NCBI GenBank assembly: GCA_963696385.1
Contig: CAVOKF010000007.1
Span: forward strand, 736,001 to 800,000
Source: an uncultured delta proteobacterium
Lineage (GTDB): Bacteria > Myxococcota_A > Polyangia > Polyangiales > Polyangiaceae
Reading direction: 5' to 3'
Length of the DNA: 64,000 nt
A model generated the notes under the pieces. It was given only the letters and a program-made list of their open reading frames with translations, was not told the origin of the DNA and did not search any database. Both the position numbers and the translations under genes were made by a program. Below are positions 1 to 8,952 of this stretch, one piece after another; position 1 is the stretch's first letter, and the number at the start of each line of letters is the position of its first letter.

Positions 1-1
1 C

Positions 2-532
2 GTCGATGCGCAGACCTGCGACCGACCCAGCCGATCGAGCCCCCATTGCACCTACGACACAGGCGATCGGGAGCTGCCCGTATCGTGCGTTCACTGGCGA
101 GACGCGGACGCTTACTGCCGTTTTGTCCAAAAGCGGCTCCCGACCGAGGCGGAATGGGAGTACGCCGCGCACGGCACCCTGCCGGTGGCATTCCCCTGGG
201 GTGGCAACTCATCGTGCTCGAACGCGATCACGCTCATTAACGATCAGTCCGCCAAGAGCTGCGCGCCAAGTCCGGCGCGCGTCGGATCGCACCCGAGCGG
301 CGCCAGCGTGTTCGGGGTCCAGGATCTGAGCGGCAACGTCGAAGAATGGACCGCCGACTGGTACACGGAATCCGTGGCCCCCGGTCCGGCGCCACGCGCA
401 GGGGCCGCGCACGTGCTTCGGGGCGGAGGCTGGCTGTCTCCGCCTTCGCTCAGTCGCACGACCGCACGGAACTGGGGGTCGGCGCTCGAATCGGGCCCGA
501 ACGTCGGCTTCCGCTGCGCTCGTGACGACTGA
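2..532 (+). CDS. Formylglycine-generating enzyme (SUMF1/FGE-sulfatase) domain protein, 5'-truncated by window edge
   Basis: Frame open from base 2: VSCVHWRDADAYC..RLPTEAEWEYAA..FPWG..DLSGNVEEW..VLRGGGW..VGFRCA are FGE-domain motifs. Confidence 0.9.
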   Translation, partial: VDAQTCDRPSRSSPHCTYDTGDRELPVSCVHWRDADAYCRFVQKRLPTEAEWEYAAHGTLPVAFPWGGNSSCSNAITLINDQSAKSCAPSPARVGSHPSGASVFGVQDLSGNVEEWTADWYTESVAPGPAPRAGAAHVLRGGGWLSPPSLSRTTARNWGSALESGPNVGFRCARDD

Positions 533-539
533 AAGGGCC

Positions 540-1340
540 ATGATCCCGAACGCGGTGTCGTTCGAGCACCGGACCGTCGACGAACTGACCATCGGCGACG
601 AGCGATCGTTTCGCCATGTCGCGCTCTATTCCGATTTGAAGTCGATCCTGCGCCGCAGCCGATACCCGTTCCGCATTCTGCCCAAGACGCCACCGGCGCG
701 CGCGGACCGGGCCCTGCTGCTCAATCTCACATTTTGGGCGCCGGACGAAGGCGGAGACGTGCTGGTCGACCTCCACGTCGAAGCGGACGTCGTCGCGCAT
801 GCGGCCTGGCACCATCTCGCCGCGCGGGCTTTCGCCACGCATCCAGGGCGTCGTCGTGCGTCGGTCCACGCACTTTTTCTCGGAGAGGCTATCGCGAGCG
901 CGTTCGACGTCTATCTGGTCGGGCGTTTGCTGGGCCATGCCCCGCGATCGACGTTTCTCGAAACCCAAGTTCCCGCGATGGCCGAGGCGGCCTTTGCCGC
1001 GGGCCTCTCCGAAGACGGGTTCGAGCGGCTGCTCGAGCAAATCGCTGCCGATCCCGATGGCGCGTTTCGCGACCTCCGCGAGCTGCTTTACGACGCGACG
1101 AGCGCGGTGTTCGCGTGCCACGGGTGCGAGGAGGCGTACGCGGCTCTCGTCGCATTCGACGGACATCGCTTCGGCCCGCTGCTGCATCGATACGAGATTT
1201 CGAACTGGGTGCTTTACGCCAGGGCCCACGGCGACGGCGATGGGGTCGATTCGCGTGTGCAGGACGTCGACCGGGCGATCCGCCAAGGGGACGCCCTCGG
1301 GTGGCTCGGTGCGCACTGGATCGACCCGGCGATGGCCTGA
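540..1340 (+). CDS. Hypothetical protein (possible metal-binding HxxWHH...E motif)
   Basis: Protein-like ORF directly after the FGE gene; alternative GTG start at 522; VVAHAAWHHLA...LGEAIASAFD. Confidence 0.7.
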   Translation: MIPNAVSFEHRTVDELTIGDERSFRHVALYSDLKSILRRSRYPFRILPKTPPARADRALLLNLTFWAPDEGGDVLVDLHVEADVVAHAAWHHLAARAFATHPGRRRASVHALFLGEAIASAFDVYLVGRLLGHAPRSTFLETQVPAMAEAAFAAGLSEDGFERLLEQIAADPDGAFRDLRELLYDATSAVFACHGCEEAYAALVAFDGHRFGPLLHRYEISNWVLYARAHGDGDGVDSRVQDVDRAIRQGDALGWLGAHWIDPAMA

Positions 1341-1351
1341 CGACGATCGCG

Positions 1352-2661
1352 TCAGAGCATGTTGGCCGCAAGCTCCGCCAGGTCGCTGCGCTCGCCTTTG
1401 GCGAGGACGATGTGGGCGGCAAGCCGTTCGCCCCGGAAGCGCTCCGCGGCGACCGTCAGGCCGTTGGAGGCGCTGTCGACGTACGGGTTGTCGATCTGGC
1501 CAGGGTCGCCGGTCAACACGATTTTCGTGCCGTCGCCGGAGCGCGTGATGATGGTCTTCACCTCGTGCGGCGTAAGATTCTGGGCCTCGTCGACGACGAT
1601 GAACTGCTGCGGCAGAGATCGACCGCGGATGTAGGTCAGCGGCTCGACCTGGATCTGGCCGCTCTCGAGGAGCTCCGCATACGCGCGCGGCCCCTTGCGG
1701 GAGCCGGTCGAGAAGAGAAACTCGAGATTGTCGAAGATCGGCTGCATCCACGGGTTGAGCTTCTCGTCGACGTCGCCGGGAAGAAAGCCGATGTCTCGGC
1801 CGAGCGGCATGACCGGACGCGAGACCAGCATGCGCGTGAAGGCGCCGTCCTCCAACGTGCGCTTGAGACCCGCGGCGAGCGCGAGAAGTGTCTTGCCCGT
1901 GCCGGCTTTGCCGACGAGCGTCACCAGGCGAATGGACTCGTCGAGCAGAAGGTCGATGGCGAACGACTGTTCCTTGTTTCGAGGCCGGACCCCCATGACG
2001 CCCTCACGAGGAACGCGGAGCGCGACAATCGCCCGTTTCGTGGCGTCGTAGCGACCCAACGCCGTGTGGGACGGATGCGATCGGTCGCGAAGCAGGATGC
2101 ACGTGTTCGGGGCGGGCGGCGGCTCGTACCCGGGCAACCGCCCGTCGCGGAAGAATGCGTCCACTTCGTCACCGGGCAAATCCATCTCGAGGATGCCGCT
2201 CGTCAATTGCTCGAAGTCGACCCGCTGATTTTCGTAGGTCTCCGAGACCATTCCGAGCGCGTCGGCCCGGATGCGTAGGTTCGTGTCCATCGTCACGAAG
2301 ACGGTCGGCCGACCGCCATCGTTTTCGCGCACGTCGAACGCCGTCTGCAGGATGGCCTGGTCCATCGCCGTGTGATCGATGGCGCTCGGAAGCTCCAGCC
2401 GCTTGCTCGGGACGGCGACGCGCAGCGTCCCCCCGAGTCGAGCGCCACGCCTTTGGCGAGCGATCCGCCCCGGTCGCGCAGCTCGTCGAGCATGCGGGCG
2501 GTCGAACGGGCGTTGCGCCCTCGCTCCGACCCCTCACGCTTGAACTGATCCACCTCTTCGATGGCATAAATGGGAATGATGACGTTGTTGTCCTCGAAGC
2601 GGAAAATAGCGTGCGGATCGTGCAACAGGACGTTGGTGTCGAGGACGTAATTTTTCTTCAT
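1352..2661 (-). CDS. PIN-domain PhoH-family ATPase (PhoH2-like), interrupted by a -1 frameshift at 2429-2434
   Basis: N-part MKKNYVLDTNVLLHDP..EEVD (PIN); C-part GKAGTGKT, EPLTYIRGRSL, DEAQN, GDPGQID (PhoH); the two frames join if the G6 run is G7. Confidence 0.85.
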
Positions 2662-2781
2662 CGGGTACATTTGTGCAGGCGCGGACGACCGCCCGCGTTG
2701 GGAACGATCCAAGTGCCTAGCCCCCCGTAAGGGTACGGCGGCCCCAGCGCAAGATGCGAGCCCGATCTATCGTTACCGGTG

Positions 2782-3939
2782 ATGCAGTCCCCGCCGACCG
2801 ACGTCGCCCCTCCGACGAGCACGGGTCCCGCGTGGCTTCGACGCGAAGCCATCGATCGGCTCATCACTCGGGCGGCTCGCGACATTCAGCCGCTTTCGAC
2901 CCTCACCCCGGTCGACGCCCGGCGTGAACGGAACCGTCTGGTCGACGAGTTAACCGCCCGGCGGCGAGCCATGCCGCGCTGGACGTATGCACCGCGCGAT
3001 CACGACGAGCTGCGGCGGGCGCTCGATGCCGCAGATCGACGGCTGACCGCGACCGTCGACGGGGCGCTCGATGAGCTCTACTTGGCGAGGATCCGCGAAC
3101 TGTCTCTCGAGGCGGCGCTCTGCGCCGCAGCCGGGACGAGCCAGGTCGGTCGGCTGGCCCGCGAGCGCTTCGCCCCCGACGCACACACCGCCGAAGCGGC
3201 GGCGGCGCTGTGCGCCGAATGGCTCGGCGAGGCCGAGCGCGCCGATCCAGCGGCGGCGCGCCTCACGGCGAGCGACGACCCCCGCCCCCACTCGCTGCTG
3301 TCGCGGATGCGCACGGCGGTCGGGCGACTCCGGCTGCCGTTCGCCGTCGTGCCCGCGCCGGCGCTGGCTCCCATCGCGGCCACCGGCGAACGCGCCATTC
3401 TCATCGCGACCGGTCGTCTGCTGTCGGACGAGGATGCGGCGCGAACGGTCTGCCATGAAATCGAGGGCCACGCCCTGCCGCGAGCGCGCGCGCTGCGGGC
3501 CAAATCGGTGTTGTTCCGCGCCGGAACGGCACGCGGCGTCGACGACCAGGAGGGCCGGGCAATCCTCATCGAGCAGCGCGCCGGCTGGCTCGGGCATCAG
3601 CGCCGGCATCATTTGGCCGCGCGGCATCGCGCGGTACAAGCCATGCTGGGGGGGGCATCGTTCGCCGACGTGGCCGAGACGCTCTTCGACGTGCACGGGC
3701 TCGATGCCTCGGAGGCGATCGTCGTGGCCGAGCGCGCCTTCCGCGGTGGAGACGGTCGATGTGCAGGGCTCGGTCGAGAGAGGATTTACCTCGAATCGTT
3801 CGTGCGGGTGCACGCACACCTCGACGCAGCCCCCGACGACGAGCACGTCCTGGCGTCCGGCCAGGTGGCCGTCGGTGCCATCGCCCCTCTGCGCACGTTC
3901 GCACCCGAACGCGCCGAAGCCACTGCGCCGCCGCAGTGA
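2782..3939 (+). CDS. DUF1704 / MATCAP-like zinc carboxypeptidase domain protein
   Basis: HEIEGH (HExxxH) plus downstream DQEGRA (QEGLA-like motif) and late R-x-x-RG / ERIYL segment. Confidence 0.75.
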   Translation: MQSPPTDVAPPTSTGPAWLRREAIDRLITRAARDIQPLSTLTPVDARRERNRLVDELTARRRAMPRWTYAPRDHDELRRALDAADRRLTATVDGALDELYLARIRELSLEAALCAAAGTSQVGRLARERFAPDAHTAEAAAALCAEWLGEAERADPAAARLTASDDPRPHSLLSRMRTAVGRLRLPFAVVPAPALAPIAATGERAILIATGRLLSDEDAARTVCHEIEGHALPRARALRAKSVLFRAGTARGVDDQEGRAILIEQRAGWLGHQRRHHLAARHRAVQAMLGGASFADVAETLFDVHGLDASEAIVVAERAFRGGDGRCAGLGRERIYLESFVRVHAHLDAAPDDEHVLASGQVAVGAIAPLRTFAPERAEATAPPQ

Positions 3940-4181
3940 ACCGCCCGGAATCCGGAAAGTCGGTCCGACGAAGTCCCGCGAGATCGGCGACAATCGACGG
4001 GGATGGCGACAAATGTCGGGATTCGTGGCTTTGCCCAAAAGTCATGATCGGCGTCCGGATTCCCTATTCCGTCATTGCTCAATTGTTCGCATTACGTCAT
4101 AGTTGTCTCCTGCGGGCGATGCGCGCGGGCTTCATGCGCGGAGCCCGCCGCGGCGGTCGGCATCCATCTCGAGGGCCGGAC

Positions 4182-7100
4182 ATGCAATTGAGTGCTTTTG
4201 GTCGTTGGCTCGGCAACTTCGTCCTTATGGGCGTCGGCGGTCTCGCCGCTGCGGCGTGCGGCTCCTCGAGCAGCGAGTTCGGCAAGGTGACTCCCGACGC
4301 TTCGTCGCTCACCGACGGAGGGGGCGTCGTCCTGAATCCGAGCGAAGGGGGCGCTCTGGTCACCGCTTGCGTTCCGAAGACCTGCGCCCAGCTTGGGTAC
4401 ACGTGCGGCCAAAACGCCGACGGCTGTAACGGAACCGTCAACTGCGGAACGTGCGTCGCGCCGGCCTTCTGCGGCGGCGGCGGGTACAGCGTATGCGGAA
4501 CGGGCGTCACCGGGGAACACGAGGGGGGCACGGTCGATGCTGGTTCGCCCTGCGTGCCCAAGACGTGCGCCGAGCTCGGATACAATTGCGGCTATGCGGG
4601 CGACGGCTGCGGCAATCAGCTCGATTGCGGCGGGCCTTCGGCCTGTACCGCGCCGGCGTACTGCGGCGGCGGGGGGCCCGAGCAGTGCGGCGGCAGCGTG
4701 CTCATCGCGGCCGACGGCGGACTCGCCAGCCATTGCACGCCCAAGACCTGCGCCGACCTTGGATACAACTGCGGCCTCGCGGGCGACGGCTGCGGCAACC
4801 AGATCGATTGCGGCGGCGTCTCGGCGTGCGCCACCCCGGAATACTGCGGCGGCGGCGGGGCGAACGTGTGCGGCGGCAACGTCTTCGTCGCGGCCGACGG
4901 CGGCACAGTCAACCTCTGCACCCCCAAGACGTGCGGCGAGCTCGGGTACAACTGCGGCCCCGCAGCCGACGAATGCGGCAACCTTCTGAACTGCGGGACG
5001 TGTACGTTACCGGAGTACTGCGGCGGCGCGGGCCCCAGCCAGTGCGGCGGCACGGCATCGGTCGGCGCCGACGGGGGGATCATCACCCCGTGCGCACCCA
5101 AGACGTGCGCCGAGCTCGGGTACGACTGCGGCTATGCGGGCGACGGGTGCGGCAATCAGCTCGATTGCGGCGGCGCAAGCGCCTGTCCATCGCCGGAATA
5201 CTGTGGCGGGGGCGGGGCGAACGTGTGCGGCGGCAACGTCTTCGTCGCGGCCGACGGCGGCACCGTCAACCTCTGCACCCCCAAGACGTGCGCCCAGCTC
5301 GGGTACAGCTGCGGCCCCGCAGGAGACGGATGCGGCAACCTTCTGAACTGCGGATCGTGCACCTTACCGCAGTACTGCGGCGGCGGTGGAACGAGCGTCT
5401 GCGGCGGAAGCGTCTACGTCGCGGCCGACGGCGGCACGGTCAGCGCCTGCACTCCCCAGACCTGCGCCCAGCTCGGATACAACTGCGGCGCCGCGGGCGA
5501 TGGGTGCGGCAACCTTCTGAACTGCGGATCGTGCACCTCACCGCAGTACTGCGGAGGAGCCGGAGCGAACGTCTGCGGCGGCAGCGTTTACGTCGGGGCC
5601 GACGGCGGCACCGTCAACCTCTGCACCCCCGAGACCTGCGCCCAGCTCGGATACGATTGCGGCCCAGCGGGAGACGGATGCGGCAACCTTCTGAACTGCG
5701 GGTCGTGCGCCCTGCCGCAATACTGCGGCGGCGGCGGAGCCGCGAACGTGTGCGGCGGCAGCGTCTACGTCGCGACCGACGGCGGCACCGTCAACCTCTG
5801 CACCCCCAAGACGTGCGCCGAGCTCGGATACAACTGCGGCCCCGCGGCCGATGGATGCGGCAATCTTCTGAACTGTGGATCGTGCACGTCACCGGAGTAC
5901 TGCGGCGGCGGTGGAACGAGCGTCTGCGGCGGCAGCGTTTACGTCGCGGCCGACGGCGGCACCGTCGACCTCTGCACCCCCAAGACGTGCGCCCAGCTCG
6001 GATACAACTGCGGCCCCGCGGCCGATGGATGCGGCAACTTGCTGCAGTGCGGGACCTGTTTGGGCGCCGACACCTGCGGTGGCGCTGGAGCGGCAGGTGT
6101 CTGCGGGCATACGTGCGGCGGGCTTTGCGCCTACCAGGCGAGCTGCCCGAACGGGCCCCCGACGACCATCACCGGAACGGTCCTCGCCGGCGTGTCCGCA
6201 TGGACGGGGCTCGCGCAGGATCCGGTGCCGAACGTTCTCGTGTACGTGCCGAACGGGCCCTTGACGACCTTGAACCAGGGCTTCACGGTCGGTTCCTGCC
6301 CGCAATGCGGGGCCGACGTCTCGGGTGACCCGCTCGTAACGACGTACACCAACTACGACGGAACGTTCACTCTGACGAACGTCCCGAACCCGCCCGCGGG
6401 CCAGACGCTGCCTCTGGTCATCCAGCTCGGACGCTGGCGCCGCGAGTTCCAGATCGCGCCTCCGGCGCCCTGCGCGGTCACGCCGATCGGCAGCCTCAAC
6501 TTGCCGAGCAACCACACGGAGGGATCGATCCCCGAGACCGCGATTTCGACGGGCGCCGTCGACGCGCTCGAATGCGTGCTGCTGAAGATGGGCGTCGATC
6601 AGGCCGAGTTCACGTCGAATACGGCCAACCCGAGCGGGCGCATTCACGTCTACGCTGGGGGCCCTGGAAACAACGGCGGCAACCCCGGCGCGACCGTGCC
6701 CAACGCCCAGCCGGAGACGACCCTCATGGGCGCCACCGGGACGTATCTGAATTACGACCAGATCCTGTTCCCGTGCTGGGGCGCTGCGGCGACCAAGACA
6801 CCGGCCGAGCTCGCGAATCTGGTGACGTACGCGAACAACGGCGGTCACTTTTTCGCGACGCACTACAGCTACTCGTGGCTCTACGGCAACCCCTACGGTA
6901 CCGGCGTCTACGCGAACGGCGAATTCAACAACGTCGCGACGTGGAATCCCAACTTCAACAATCCCGGCACCGTCACCTGGACGCTCAACGTGAGCAAGGT
7001 CCCACCCGTCGTTCCGGCGCCGATGCACTCGGGGATCTTCTGGCAGTGGCTGAACTTGGTGGACGCTCTCTCGAACTCGAACGTCGCCAATCCGCCGACG

Positions 7101-8936
7101 AATCCCGAGGTGGCCATCACCAACCCGCGTCACGATGCCAACGCCGTCGCCAACGGATCGATCGACTGGATTGACGGAACCGATCCGCAGAAAAACGACC
7201 CGTTGGTCGAGCACTTCACGTTCAACACCCCGGTCGGTGAGGCCACGCAGTGCGGCCACGCCATCTTCAGCGACTTCCACGTGAGCGGCGTCACCAACGC
7301 GAACAACACGCCGTTCCCGACGGAGTGCTCCAAGACCTTCAGCGCGCAGGAGAAGATCCTCGAGTACATGATCTTCGACCTCGCGTCCTGCGTCACGCCA
7401 CCGACGTCGTCTTGCGTGCCTTTGACCTGCTCGGGCCAAGGTCTGTCGTGCGGCCCAGCGGGCGACGGGTGCGGCAACACGATCCAATGCGGAACGTGCA
7501 CGGCCCCGCTCACCTGCGGCGGCGCTGGGGTGCTCGGCCAATGCGGCGAACCCGACGGGGGCGCATGCACGCCCGCGTCGTGCATCCAGCAGGGAATCGC
7601 TTGCGGTCCGGCCGGCGACGGCTGCGGCAACGCGCTCAACTGCGGCACCTGCCCGGCGGGCCAGACCTGCGGCGGCGGCGGCACCCCGGGACAATGCGGT
7701 GCGCCCGACGGCGGGGCCTGCTCGCCCATCTCGTGCGCGAGCCAAGGGCTCGCCTGCGGTCCAGCCGGCGACGGCTGCGGCAACGTCATCGAATGCGGCA
7801 CGTGCCCGGCTGGGCAAACGTGCGGCGGCGCCGGCACTTCCGGTCGCTGCGGAGCGCCCGACGGCGGGGCGTGCTCGCCGCGGTCCTGCAGCGCCCAAAA
7901 CATCGCATGCGGTCCAGCCGGCGACGGCTGCGGCAACGCGATCAACTGCGGCACCTGCCCGGCGGGCCAGACCTGCGGCGGCGGCGGCACCCCGGGACAA
8001 TGCGGAGCCCCCGATGGCGGGGTCTGCTCGCCCGTCTCGTGCGCGAGTCAAGGGCTCGCGTGCGGGCCGGCCGGCGACGGCTGCGGCAACGCGATCAACT
8101 GCGGCACCTGCCCGGCGGGCCAGACCTGCGGCGGCGGCGGCGTCTCGGGACAATGCGGAGCCCCCGATGGCGGGGTCTGCTCGCCCGTCTCGTGCGCGAG
8201 TCAAGGGCTCGCATGCGGTCCAGCGGGCGACGGCTGCGGCAACGCGATCAACTGCGGCACCTGCCCGGCGGGTCAGACCTGCGGCGGTGGCGGCACCCCG
8301 GGACAATGCGGAGTTCTCGACGGCGGCACGTGCGTGCCCGAGTCGTGCGGGGTACAAAACATCGCTTGCGGGCCCGCCGGCGACGGCTGCGGCAACGCGA
8401 TCAGCTGCGGCACCTGCCCCGCCGGACAGACCTGCGGCGGGGGGGGCACCCCGGGACAATGCGGAGCGCCCGACGGCGGAGCGTGCGTGCCGATGACGTG
8501 CGCGGCGCAAAATATCAGCTGCGGGCCGGCGGGCGACGGATGCGGCAACGCGATTGCGTGCGGCGTCTGCCAAACGCCCCTCAGCTGCGGCGGCGGCGGG
8601 GTCTCCGGCGTGTGCGGCGCCCCCGACGCGGGATCGTGCGTTGCGCTGACCTGTGCCCAGCAGCAGATTGGCTGCGGCCCGGCCGGCGACGGATGCGGCG
8701 GAGCGCTCGAGTGCGGGCCGTGCACCTCGCCCCAGACCTGCGGGGGCGGCGGCGTCAACGGACAGTGCGGCGGCGGACAGTGCGTCCCCTATACCTGCGC
8801 CGAGCTCGGCTACACCTGCGGGCCGGCCGGCGACGGATGCGGCAACCTGCTGCAGTGCGGCACATGCACGGCACCCAATACATGCGGCGGCGGCGGTCAG
8901 CCATCGCAGTGCGGAATGCCGAGCATCCCGCGGTAG
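4182..8936 (+). CDS. Giant Cys-rich repeat lipoprotein (1584 aa) with central globular domain
   Basis: GAGG SD-like sequence before ATG 4182; lipobox LAAAA-C-GSS; 20 eight-Cys repeats flanking a ~430-aa non-repetitive core (VPNVLVYVP..LVIQLGRWRR..FATHYSY..QEKILEYMIFDL). Confidence 0.85.
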   Translation: MQLSAFGRWLGNFVLMGVGGLAAAACGSSSSEFGKVTPDASSLTDGGGVVLNPSEGGALVTACVPKTCAQLGYTCGQNADGCNGTVNCGTCVAPAFCGGGGYSVCGTGVTGEHEGGTVDAGSPCVPKTCAELGYNCGYAGDGCGNQLDCGGPSACTAPAYCGGGGPEQCGGSVLIAADGGLASHCTPKTCADLGYNCGLAGDGCGNQIDCGGVSACATPEYCGGGGANVCGGNVFVAADGGTVNLCTPKTCGELGYNCGPAADECGNLLNCGTCTLPEYCGGAGPSQCGGTASVGADGGIITPCAPKTCAELGYDCGYAGDGCGNQLDCGGASACPSPEYCGGGGANVCGGNVFVAADGGTVNLCTPKTCAQLGYSCGPAGDGCGNLLNCGSCTLPQYCGGGGTSVCGGSVYVAADGGTVSACTPQTCAQLGYNCGAAGDGCGNLLNCGSCTSPQYCGGAGANVCGGSVYVGADGGTVNLCTPETCAQLGYDCGPAGDGCGNLLNCGSCALPQYCGGGGAANVCGGSVYVATDGGTVNLCTPKTCAELGYNCGPAADGCGNLLNCGSCTSPEYCGGGGTSVCGGSVYVAADGGTVDLCTPKTCAQLGYNCGPAADGCGNLLQCGTCLGADTCGGAGAAGVCGHTCGGLCAYQASCPNGPPTTITGTVLAGVSAWTGLAQDPVPNVLVYVPNGPLTTLNQGFTVGSCPQCGADVSGDPLVTTYTNYDGTFTLTNVPNPPAGQTLPLVIQLGRWRREFQIAPPAPCAVTPIGSLNLPSNHTEGSIPETAISTGAVDALECVLLKMGVDQAEFTSNTANPSGRIHVYAGGPGNNGGNPGATVPNAQPETTLMGATGTYLNYDQILFPCWGAAATKTPAELANLVTYANNGGHFFATHYSYSWLYGNPYGTGVYANGEFNNVATWNPNFNNPGTVTWTLNVSKVPPVVPAPMHSGIFWQWLNLVDALSNSNVANPPTNPEVAITNPRHDANAVANGSIDWIDGTDPQKNDPLVEHFTFNTPVGEATQCGHAIFSDFHVSGVTNANNTPFPTECSKTFSAQEKILEYMIFDLASCVTPPTSSCVPLTCSGQGLSCGPAGDGCGNTIQCGTCTAPLTCGGAGVLGQCGEPDGGACTPASCIQQGIACGPAGDGCGNALNCGTCPAGQTCGGGGTPGQCGAPDGGACSPISCASQGLACGPAGDGCGNVIECGTCPAGQTCGGAGTSGRCGAPDGGACSPRSCSAQNIACGPAGDGCGNAINCGTCPAGQTCGGGGTPGQCGAPDGGVCSPVSCASQGLACGPAGDGCGNAINCGTCPAGQTCGGGGVSGQCGAPDGGVCSPVSCASQGLACGPAGDGCGNAINCGTCPAGQTCGGGGTPGQCGVLDGGTCVPESCGVQNIACGPAGDGCGNAISCGTCPAGQTCGGGGTPGQCGAPDGGACVPMTCAAQNISCGPAGDGCGNAIACGVCQTPLSCGGGGVSGVCGAPDAGSCVALTCAQQQIGCGPAGDGCGGALECGPCTSPQTCGGGGVNGQCGGGQCVPYTCAELGYTCGPAGDGCGNLLQCGTCTAPNTCGGGGQPSQCGMPSIPR
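4368..6105 (+). repeat. Coding tandem array: 10 units of ~59-62 aa (CxPKTCAxLGYxCGPAxDGCGNxLNCGxCxxPxYCGGGGxxVCGG..ADGG)
   Basis: Units counted in the translation; several are near-identical at DNA level. Confidence 0.9.
7411..8915 (+). repeat. Coding tandem array: 10 units of ~50 aa (CxPxSCxxQxxACGPAGDGCGNxIxCGTCPAGQTCGGGGxPGQCGxPDGG)
   Basis: Units counted in the translation; ~150-bp periodicity. Confidence 0.9.
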
Positions 8937-8952
8937 CCCCCCTTGGGGGTTT
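8937..8952. terminator. Possible small bidirectional hairpin between convergent genes
   Basis: CCCCC-CTT-GGGGG-TTT fills the gap between two stop codons. Confidence 0.3.

Noticed and set aside
2..532. FGE-domain gene as egtB partner of egtD
   Set aside because: 34 kb away, truncated, and no DinB/EgtB-specific motif visible
3759..4181. Extended N-terminus of the 1725-aa ORF
   Set aside because: Overlaps the upstream gene; SD and lipoprotein signal point to ATG 4182
5889..8573. 894-aa antisense ORF and many similar long Arg/Ala-rich ORFs
   Set aside because: Expected shadow ORFs in high-GC DNA; no recognisable motifs
4368..8915. Periodic DNA repeats resembling a CRISPR array
   Set aside because: In-frame coding repeats without unique spacers; no cas genes
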